This document shows positions 1-6,860 of a stretch of 24,731 nt of DNA, one piece after another; position 1 is the stretch's first letter; each line of letters begins with the position of its first letter. A program made the translations under genes and the position numbers. This DNA comes from an uncultured Clostridia bacterium (GTDB lineage: Bacteria; Bacillota; Clostridia; TANB77; CAG-508): contig CAUWGC010000021.1 of assembly GCA_963558405.1 (NCBI GenBank), forward strand, positions 1-24,731, given 5' to 3'. A model generated the notes under the pieces. The model was given only the letters and a program-made list of their open reading frames with translations, ran no database searches and was not told where the DNA came from.

Positions 1-68
1 TTCTATCAATTTTATTTTGAATTTTTCTATCAGTTTTATTTTAACATTTACAGATTTTGAAAAAGAGT

Positions 69-101
69 TATAAAATAGAGGGCTAAGCTCTCTATTTTAT
101 A
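69..101. terminator. Hairpin, probable bidirectional intrinsic terminator
   Basis: tataaaatagagggc-taa-gctctctattttata. Confidence 0.6.
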
Positions 102-184
102 GAGAAATTACAATTTTTCAATAAGATTCAGAGTAATCTTTTAACTTGAATATTTTCCTTTTAGTATATTTGTCTACATAATTA

Positions 185-213
185 TTTACAATTTATTACA
201 TTTATGCTATAAT
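185..213 (+). promoter_or_regulatory. sigmaA-like promoter of the ASCH-GNAT gene
   Basis: TTTACA-N17-TATAAT with TG extension; an 8-bp inverted repeat (220-238) follows. Confidence 0.55.
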
Positions 214-284
214 AACAATATACTGTAGATTACAGTATGTTGTAGTTTTAAGAACATATACTTTATGAAAGAACGGTTGATGTT

Positions 285-1097
285 ATGGCTAAAAACTATA
301 ACTGGAGAATCAAGCGGGAATACTACAACCTTATTAACAAGGGGACTAAGACACTTGAAGTAAGGGTTGGATATCCTGATATTAAAAGGGTTCGACAAGG
401 TGATACCATCACTTTTAAGGACTATTCTAATATCAGGTTCGAGGTTGTCCGTGTAACTCGTTATGATGATTTTCCTGAAATGCTTGACAATGAAGATTCT
501 GCTAAGGCAATTCCTGGTGTTACCAAGTATAAAGCTTTGGATATGTATCAGGAAATTTACCCCGAGGAAAAAGAAGCCTTGGGTGTTTATGTCTTTGAGC
601 TTCGGAAGCAAACAAATCAGAGGAAACTCTACACCTTAAGTTCTCTTATTGGCAATCATAAGCTTTTCAGTAAATTTGCCTACCTCTCTTATTGCCTTAC
701 GGATCATATTTGCAAAGATTATCCTAAGCATTTTGAGTGGTACTGGACAAAAGAGATTCCTAGAGTGCTTAACGGTACAGGTGATGTTATTATCTGTACA
801 ATCGATAATAATGTTGCTGGGGTTGTATTCCTGAAAAAGGATGAAATCGAGAGTAAAATTTGTACTATCTTTGTTGCTGAGGGATATCGTGGAAAGCATA
901 TTTCAACAATACTGTTGGAACAAGCTTTCAAATATCTCGGAACTACAAAACCTCTCATCACAATTGCAGATTATAAAATCTCAATGTTTGAGCATATCAT
1001 CAAGAAATACCAATGGGAGTTAACACAAACTATGAGTAAAGGCTATTATAACAATACCTCTCGTGAGTTGGTGTTTAATGGAAAACTTCCTAATTGA
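285..1097 (+). CDS. ASCH (PUA-like) domain fused to a C-terminal GNAT acetyltransferase
   Basis: N-terminal ASCH motif GxKxxExR (GTKTLEVR); C-terminal GNAT motif A-like KICTIFVAEGYRGKHISTILL. Confidence 0.8.
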   Translation: MAKNYNWRIKREYYNLINKGTKTLEVRVGYPDIKRVRQGDTITFKDYSNIRFEVVRVTRYDDFPEMLDNEDSAKAIPGVTKYKALDMYQEIYPEEKEALGVYVFELRKQTNQRKLYTLSSLIGNHKLFSKFAYLSYCLTDHICKDYPKHFEWYWTKEIPRVLNGTGDVIICTIDNNVAGVVFLKKDEIESKICTIFVAEGYRGKHISTILLEQAFKYLGTTKPLITIADYKISMFEHIIKKYQWELTQTMSKGYYNNTSRELVFNGKLPN

Positions 1098-1126
1098 TTC
1101 TCTACCTGTCAAGACACAACAAAAAG

Positions 1127-1164
1127 AGCACACTCTTAAATTCGATTGAATTTTAGAGTGTGCT
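1127..1164. terminator. Long hairpin between the convergent ASCH genes
   Basis: agcacactct-t-aaattc gatt gaattt-t-agagtgtgct. Confidence 0.65.
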
Positions 1165-1168
1165 TTCA

Positions 1169-1510
1169 TTATATCTTCTCAATGCGTATTCCTACAACAC
1201 CATATTGCTTTTGTTTTTCTGGTGTATAAAATTCTTCTAATACATTTAATAATTCTTGCTTTGTCATTGATTTATCAGATAATATTCCTATATCAAAATC
1301 TTCAAATAAATCTTCAAATGTATTATATCTTAATATACCTATAACTTTTACTTTCATTGTAATTTCTAATTCAGGTTCTTTTTGAAAAATTATTGTATCT
1401 CCTATATTAATTTTTTGTCTTTTTTCATCATATAATCTTAATTCTATCCTTTTTGTTCCATTATTAATATAGTCGAAGTATTTAGGTTGTAATTTTAATA
1501 TATGTTCCAT
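1169..1510 (-). CDS. Stand-alone ASCH domain protein
   Basis: GTKRIELRL...INIGDTIIF motif; GGAGG RBS upstream. Confidence 0.85.
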   Translation of the reverse strand: MEHILKLQPKYFDYINNGTKRIELRLYDEKRQKINIGDTIIFQKEPELEITMKVKVIGILRYNTFEDLFEDFDIGILSDKSMTKQELLNVLEEFYTPEKQKQYGVVGIRIEKI

Positions 1511-1583
1511 TTTTTCTACCTCCAGTTAGTATTGTAACATAAATACTTTTTTTTGTAAATAACATTAACATTTACATTTCAAA

Positions 1584-1928
1584 TTACATCTTATTATTAT
1601 ATTTATCTAAAAATTCTTTCATTGCTATATTTACTAATCTTGTAAGTGAAATTCCTGTTTCTTGTGTTATCTTATTTAAAGCCTCTACATTTTCTTTTCT
1701 AATCATTACACTTCTATAAATTGTTATCTCATCTTCTGGTTTGGCATAATATTTTACATTTCCAGTAGATAGTAAATCTTCAATACAAACATTTATCATA
1801 TCACTAATTGTTGCGTCATAATCTTTATCTACTATTTCTTTTAATCTTGTATATAATCTATCTTCTAAATTTATACTCTTTTGAACAGTATAATTTGATT
1901 TTTTATACAACCTATCTATTGCACTCAT
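1584..1928 (-). CDS. Tandem ribbon-helix-helix DNA-binding protein (114 aa)
   Basis: Two RHH-like units (QKSINLEDRLYTRLK...TISDMINVCI and YRSVMIRKENVEAL...SLTRLVNIAM); start moved to ATG 1928 after AGGAGG. Confidence 0.65.
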   Translation of the reverse strand: MSAIDRLYKKSNYTVQKSINLEDRLYTRLKEIVDKDYDATISDMINVCIEDLLSTGNVKYYAKPEDEITIYRSVMIRKENVEALNKITQETGISLTRLVNIAMKEFLDKYNNKM

Positions 1929-2091
1929 ATATCCACCTCCTATTACTCGTTTTACAACCATTTGAATTATATAAAATTTTATTTTTAAATAATACTTGTT
2001 ACAATTCCTTATAGACGAGCATAAACAGGTTTGTATTTAGTGTGCATTTGCATAAAATAAGAGAGTATAGCAACTCTCTTTATACAAATTA

Positions 2092-3063
2092 TTATTTTTT
2101 CTTTTTTAATTTTTTTATTATTTCATTAGATAATTCTTCACTTGGTGTTACTTTTACAGTTAGCCCATTCTTTGTTTTTATTACATTTGAACTTAATCTT
2201 GCTCTACTATTATAAACATTTTCTTGGTTTTTACAACTAAATGTATCATATAGTGCCTTTGGGTTATTTGCAATAAATGCTTTTCCACAATGCTTACAAA
2301 ACTTTAAATATTTCTTTTCTTGTATTATATATAATTTAAAGTTTTCATCTATGTATTCTTTTAAACTCCTAATATGTATTGTTAGTCCGTCATATTCTAA
2401 ATTAACTCTTATATGATTAGATTCTAATTTATTTATTTCTCCTACATTTATATATTCATCATTAGCTTTGCTTAATTCTTTTAATGTGTTATACATAAAT
2501 TGAGCATATTTTATTATCATATCTACTTGTTCATAATATTTTTCATTTTTAAAGAACAACTTATTTATTTCTGGAGAAATAAATTTTTCCATACTATGTT
2601 CATATATATTTTTGTTTACTTTCTCCAGTAATTCTTTTATTTCTTCATCAGTAACAGTAGGAAAGAATATTTTAAAATAATCAACTATTTTTATTGTGCT
2701 AAAGCAATCACTATTATTAATATAATTAAATTCTTTTAATAGTATTTCCTTGTCTAAAGTGTAATATCTATTTACTGGAAAATCGTGTATAAGTCCTAAA
2801 AGTCCATATTTATTTACATATTCAAGCAATAACTTGTCAGCATCTTCTTTTTGTTCTAAAGATAATTTTCCTAAATTGATAAAATCTATTAACGGTTTAT
2901 CATTTTCTCTATAATCATCAAAATCAATTAAAGAATAGTTTGTTCTATTTTCTTTTAAAATTTTAGGAACAACATATTTAATGTTGTTTAGTTCCTTTAT
3001 TTCATATTCTTCAAACTTTGGCATTGACTCATTGTTAAAGCCATATTCTAAATTCATTTTCAT
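2092..3063 (-). CDS. Hypothetical protein with C-terminal CGNR-like zinc finger (mobile-element type)
   Basis: CKHCGKAF...YDTFSCKNQENVYNSR; AGGAG RBS. Confidence 0.6.
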   Translation of the reverse strand: MKMNLEYGFNNESMPKFEEYEIKELNNIKYVVPKILKENRTNYSLIDFDDYRENDKPLIDFINLGKLSLEQKEDADKLLLEYVNKYGLLGLIHDFPVNRYYTLDKEILLKEFNYINNSDCFSTIKIVDYFKIFFPTVTDEEIKELLEKVNKNIYEHSMEKFISPEINKLFFKNEKYYEQVDMIIKYAQFMYNTLKELSKANDEYINVGEINKLESNHIRVNLEYDGLTIHIRSLKEYIDENFKLYIIQEKKYLKFCKHCGKAFIANNPKALYDTFSCKNQENVYNSRARLSSNVIKTKNGLTVKVTPSEELSNEIIKKLKKKK

Positions 3064-3111
3064 AGTATTCTCCTATTCATAAAAATTCTTCAAAAAGTTT
3101 ATTGTAATCTA

Positions 3112-3140
3112 TTGACATTTAAAAAGTATTACCTTATAAT
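3112..3140 (+). promoter_or_regulatory. Consensus sigmaA promoter (rightward)
   Basis: TTGACA-N17-TATAAT. Confidence 0.75.
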
Positions 3141-3216
3141 AGAAATGTAATCTATTTTATATTATAAAATATTAACATTTGTTTTGTGTTAATTTTAATA
3201 CTTTCTTTATAATAAT

Positions 3217-3245
3217 ATATTACAATAAATATTTATAATTGTCAA
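3217..3245 (-). promoter_or_regulatory. sigmaA-like promoter (leftward, facing the 3112 promoter)
   Basis: Minus strand TTGACA-N17-TAATAT. Confidence 0.55.
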
Positions 3246-3338
3246 ATGATGTATATAAATTACGAGTTGTACTTTATGTATATGGTATTTTTATACCTAA
3301 AAAAGTGCAAGTAAAAAATATAAGTAAAGGAGAACAAA

Positions 3339-3806
3339 ATGGATAAAAAAGAAAGAATTTTACAAATGTATTTTGAAGAACACCAGAAACAAGACATTAT
3401 TGCTGAAACTGTTGAGGTTTCTCAAAGTTATATTTCTCAAGTAATTCAGAAAGATACAAGATATACTAGTGAAAAAGAAATAAGACATAATGAATCAATG
3501 CAGAAAAAGGCTGAATATAATAAAGAGTATAGTAAAACTTATATTAGAAAAAGGAAAAATAATTTAATAGAAGAATATTATGCTTTACTTGAATTGCTAA
3601 AAAAAGATAACAAGTTTCTATCAACAAAATCTGAAATGTCAGATATTGCATTTGCTAAATGGAATAGATCAATTTATCAATATGCCAAAAATTCTAGCAA
3701 TTTAGTTTTAAGAAAAGGAATAAATGTTACAAAAGATGTACCAAGAGTAGTAAAAAATATTGTGAGAGCAAGTAGTATAAAAAGTTCAAAGATATATTCA
3801 AGATAA
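3339..3806 (+). CDS. Helix-turn-helix DNA-binding protein
   Basis: KQDIIAETVEVSQSYISQVI HTH-like segment; AAGGAG RBS. Confidence 0.65.
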   Translation: MDKKERILQMYFEEHQKQDIIAETVEVSQSYISQVIQKDTRYTSEKEIRHNESMQKKAEYNKEYSKTYIRKRKNNLIEEYYALLELLKKDNKFLSTKSEMSDIAFAKWNRSIYQYAKNSSNLVLRKGINVTKDVPRVVKNIVRASSIKSSKIYSR

Positions 3807-3836
3807 TCACTTTGTTAAGTCAAAGTGAATTTTTTT
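3807..3836 (+). terminator. Intrinsic terminator
   Basis: tcactttg-ttaagt-caaagtga followed by a T run. Confidence 0.55.
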
Positions 3837-3838
3837 AG

Positions 3839-3867
3839 TAATATTTTTAGAACTTTAATAATAGTAT
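3839..3867 (+). promoter_or_regulatory. Putative sigmaE-type promoter of the 55-aa ORF
   Basis: TAATATT-N14-AATAGTAT; same -35 (AGTAATATTT) and spacing as upstream of bofA; AT-rich background weakens the call. Confidence 0.35.
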
Positions 3868-3890
3868 TGAAAAGAAAGTAGGTGAGAATT

Positions 3891-4058
3891 TTGAAAAAGT
3901 CTTTAAATATTACATTTTATAATCCTAATACAGAAGAACAAATAGTACAAGCATTTGCTGGAGTTTTGGCGTATAACTTGGCAGAGAATAATGAAAAGAT
4001 AAAATTTGATTATAATTTTCAAAATTCTCACTGTATAGAAGATGAAATTGAGATATAA
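3891..4058 (+). CDS. Small 55-aa protein (MKKSLNITFYNPNTEEQIVQAF...), candidate recombination directionality factor
   Basis: Not in the ORF track; TTG start after AGTAGGTGA RBS, open to TAA 4056-4058; function is inference. Confidence 0.6.
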   Translation: MKKSLNITFYNPNTEEQIVQAFAGVLAYNLAENNEKIKFDYNFQNSHCIEDEIEI

Positions 4059-4178
4059 AATTTAATAATATTAATTGAATAAAATAATCATATATGTTAA
4101 AATCGAAACAGATAATATTTTTCTTATATATAGATAAATACGATAAAATGTAGTATAATAGAAAGAGAGGTTGATTTT

Positions 4179-4619
4179 ATGCTAAAATTATATTTAGATA
4201 CTTGTTGTTATAATAGACCATTTGATGATTTAGAACAAGAAAAAATAAACCTAGAGGCAAATGCAATAGAGAATATATTTAGAAAGCATATAAATAAAGA
4301 AGTAGAAATTTATAAAAGTATGGTAATAGATTTTGAAATATCCAAAATCAAATTAGATAATAAAAGACGACAAGTAGAAGATTTATATGACGCAATGGAA
4401 TTATCACAAATTACTTATACACCAGAAATTAAACAAAGAGCATTAGAATTAAAGCAATTTAATATAAAAGATATGGATGCATTACATTTATCTTTTGCAG
4501 AGAGTGCAGATATAGATTATTTTATTACAACTGACAGGTTGTTAATAAATGCTTCAAAAAGAGCAAATTTAAGAATTAAAGTTATAAATCCAATAGAATT
4601 TATTATGGAGGTGATTTAA
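4179..4619 (+). CDS. PIN-domain (VapC-like) protein
   Basis: LYLDTCCYNRPFDD...DMDALHL...YFITTD acidic PIN motifs. Confidence 0.85.
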   Translation: MLKLYLDTCCYNRPFDDLEQEKINLEANAIENIFRKHINKEVEIYKSMVIDFEISKIKLDNKRRQVEDLYDAMELSQITYTPEIKQRALELKQFNIKDMDALHLSFAESADIDYFITTDRLLINASKRANLRIKVINPIEFIMEVI

Positions 4620-4820
4620 ATGGCTGTAACAGTAAGAGAGTTAGAAAGAATAAGACGAGAAGGTCTTAAAGCTTTAAAAGATAAATTAGGTGTTGAAGGT
4701 ATGATAAAATTTATACAAATGTATAGTGATGGAAAAGGAGATTATACAAAGGAAAAATATGAAAACAATGAAGAATTGACAATAGAAGATTTTGAAAAAT
4801 ATTTAGCTGAAAACAACTAA
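4620..4820 (+). CDS. Small putative antitoxin partner of the PIN protein
   Basis: Abuts the PIN stop (TAA-ATG), GGAGGTG RBS inside the PIN gene; 66 aa with acidic tail. Confidence 0.65.
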   Translation: MAVTVRELERIRREGLKALKDKLGVEGMIKFIQMYSDGKGDYTKEKYENNEELTIEDFEKYLAENN

Positions 4821-4838
4821 TCAAATGTTAATCGCAAC

Positions 4839-4920
4839 CCTATTTGCGTAATATAAATGCATAGGTGAACAGATGTAACTCTTTGGCTCTACTTGCGACA
4901 AATAAATGCGTAGATGAACA
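4839..4920. repeat. Two 33-nt imperfect direct repeats, each forming a hairpin
   Basis: 4839-4871 and 4888-4920, 26/33 identical. Confidence 0.75.
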
Positions 4921-4926
4921 AATTAT

Positions 4927-4961
4927 AAAAAGCTATTCCTAAATGCAGGAGTAGTTTTTTT
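4927..4961 (+). terminator. Intrinsic terminator between the TA pair and the recombinase
   Basis: aaaaagctattcct-aaatgc-aggagtagttttttt. Confidence 0.7.
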
Positions 4962-4971
4962 ATGCGTTTTA

Positions 4972-5000
4972 TTGCTTTTTTATAACTTATATGCTAAAAT
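4972..5000 (+). promoter_or_regulatory. sigmaA-like promoter of the recombinase
   Basis: TTGCTT-N17-TAAAAT with TG extension. Confidence 0.55.
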
Positions 5001-5063
5001 GTAACAGAACGGATATGAAGTTACCGACATAAAACAACATATAAGAAAGTGAGAAATTAAGTT

Positions 5064-6653
5064 ATGAAAATTGCAGCATATTGTAGAGTTTCAACTGAAA
5101 AGGAAGCACAAATAGACTCTCTTGAAAAGCAAATAGAGTTTTTTAATGAATTTACAAAAAAGAATGGCTATGAGTTGTACAAGCTATATGCAGATGAAGG
5201 AATTTCTGGAAAACAAATAAAACACAGAAAGCAATTCCAACAAATGATGAAAGACGCAAAGGCAAAAAAATTTGAAAGAGTAGTTGTAAAAGATGTAAGC
5301 CGTTTTGCAAGAAATACAGTAGATTTATTACAAAGTATAAGAGAATTAAAATCTTATGGAATACAAGTAGACTTTTTAAATAATGGCGAAGTTATGGAAG
5401 GTGGATCTGAATTTATACTAACAATTTTAGGTGCAATGGCACAACAGGAAAGTGCCAATATGTCTAAAAGAGTTAAATTTGGAAAAGACATTACTGCTAA
5501 AAAAGGAAGAGTACCTAATTTGGTATTTGGTTATGACAAAATACCAGGTGAAAAATATACATTAAAAATAAACGAAGAAGAAGCAAAAATTGTAAAAGAA
5601 ATATTTGAAAGCTATGTATATAAAGGTACTGGTACAACAAAAATTGCTTGGGAATTAAATGATAGAGGAATAAGAACAAAGAAAACAAAGTCAAAATGGG
5701 TCCAAACTTCTATTGTAAGAATGCTAAAAAATCCAATATATACAGGCAGAGTAACAAATAAGAAATCAGAAATTACTGACTTTATAACAGGAGCAAGAAA
5801 AGAGCTACCAGAAGAAGATTGGCTTATTTCTGACAAACCAGAAATGAGAATTATATCAGATGAATTGTTTAATAGAGCACAAGATATTTTAAAACAAAGG
5901 TCAAATGAATTTAAACTAAACAATAAAAGAGAAAAAACAGAATATGTATTTAGTACACTTATCTATTGTAAACATTGTGGTTATTCATTTAGAAGGATAA
6001 GAAGGAAATATACAGAAGAAGGTAAAGAATATATAAGATGGGTATGTAGTGGAAGAAACTCAATGGGTGTAAATCATTGTCCGAATACAACTGTTATAGA
6101 TGAAGAAGAACTTTTAAATGCTATTAAAGAATATCTTAAAAGTATAATTTCTAATAAAAAGAACTTTATGAAAGCAGTTGAAAAAGAATTTGAAAAAATA
6201 ACAGCTTTAAGAGAAAGCAATGAAAGAAGTGAAGAAAGCCTACTTAAAGAAATAGAAAAAGTAACAGTTAAAAAACAAAAATATATGGAAATGTTCCAAA
6301 ATGAAGTAATCAATATGCAAGAACTAAAACAATATACAAATCCATTAAATGAAGATATAGCAAGATTAGAAAGAGAACTAAAGCTAATTACTTCTGAAAT
6401 AAAGGAAAAAGATGTATTAGAAAAAGAACTAACAAAAACAATAAGTACAGTTGATGATATTTTAAATAATGAAACAATTACAAATGCTATGCTTAAAACA
6501 ATAATAGATGCTATTTACGTAGATAGCGAAGGAAATGTAGAAGTAAGACTAAAATTATTAAATGAAATTGGAAGTCAGCCTACAGTAATTACAAATTTTG
6601 AAGATATTAATTCTACCGTTACGAAAAGTAACAACGGTACACAAAGATGTTAG
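5064..6653 (+). CDS. Large serine recombinase (SpoIVCA/CisA-like architecture)
   Basis: YCRVST catalytic Ser, DEGISG, KDVSRFARN, recombinase domain, CKHC...C...C zinc ribbon, coiled coil. Confidence 0.93.
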   Translation: MKIAAYCRVSTEKEAQIDSLEKQIEFFNEFTKKNGYELYKLYADEGISGKQIKHRKQFQQMMKDAKAKKFERVVVKDVSRFARNTVDLLQSIRELKSYGIQVDFLNNGEVMEGGSEFILTILGAMAQQESANMSKRVKFGKDITAKKGRVPNLVFGYDKIPGEKYTLKINEEEAKIVKEIFESYVYKGTGTTKIAWELNDRGIRTKKTKSKWVQTSIVRMLKNPIYTGRVTNKKSEITDFITGARKELPEEDWLISDKPEMRIISDELFNRAQDILKQRSNEFKLNNKREKTEYVFSTLIYCKHCGYSFRRIRRKYTEEGKEYIRWVCSGRNSMGVNHCPNTTVIDEEELLNAIKEYLKSIISNKKNFMKAVEKEFEKITALRESNERSEESLLKEIEKVTVKKQKYMEMFQNEVINMQELKQYTNPLNEDIARLERELKLITSEIKEKDVLEKELTKTISTVDDILNNETITNAMLKTIIDAIYVDSEGNVEVRLKLLNEIGSQPTVITNFEDINSTVTKSNNGTQRC

Positions 6654-6792
6654 TGAAAGACTACTTAAGATAAATCCAGCTTTAGCTCATGAAGTAAGAG
6701 AAATCTTAAATGAGAATAAAGCAGAAAGACATATAAGAGGAGGAATGGCTACAAAATTAAAATATAGTCATCAACATGAAAATGTAGGTTAA
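6634..6792 (+). pseudogene. spoIIID: 3' half of spoIIID (split gene; N-terminal ~35 codons absent)
   Basis: TVHKDVSERLLKINPALAHEVREILNENKAERHIRGGMATKLKY matches the SpoIIID C-terminal signature; upstream in-frame residues do not match. Confidence 0.88.
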
Positions 6793-6795
6793 AAT

Positions 6796-6840
6796 AAAAC
6801 ACACATAGTTTTATATAAAATAAAACTTTTGTGTGTTTTT
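6796..6840. terminator. Bidirectional terminator between spoIIID and yabG
   Basis: aaaacacaca-t-agttttat...ataaaact-tt-tgtgtgtttt. Confidence 0.6.
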
Positions 6841-6860
6841 ATATATATTAAAAGTTATTT

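Larger units (their letters stand above)
1..6633. mobile_element. Right part of an integrated large-serine-recombinase element inserted in spoIIID (left end lies outside the window)
   Basis: Accessory cargo (ASCH, RHH, HTH, Zn-finger, PIN TA) ends in a serine recombinase whose 3' end abuts a 5'-truncated spoIIID; core genes resume right after. Right boundary uncertain to about +/-10 bp. Confidence 0.75.

Noticed and set aside
185-200. WalR-like box upstream of the ASCH-GNAT gene
   Set aside because: Hexamers are spaced 10 bp, not 11; the same applies to 17765-17780.
207-1023. Overlapping ORFs 207-611, 636-899, 649-834, 719-961 and 841-1023
   Set aside because: Shadow frames of the ASCH-GNAT gene with no recognisable motifs.
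4839-4920. Mini CRISPR array
   Set aside because: Only two degenerate units, a 16-nt gap and no cas genes in the window.
5010-5045. sigmaE/K promoter directly before the recombinase (CATAAAAC, CATATAAG)
   Set aside because: No correctly spaced -35; a sigmaA-type promoter at 4972-5000 fits better.
1-6633. Prophage or conjugative element call
   Set aside because: No structural, replication or transfer genes are visible in this part; the class of element cannot be assigned without the left portion.
6598-6792. 64-aa ORF as a complete gene with a TTG start
   Set aside because: No RBS, the first ~12 residues do not resemble SpoIIID and most of the HTH is missing; better explained as a split-gene fragment.
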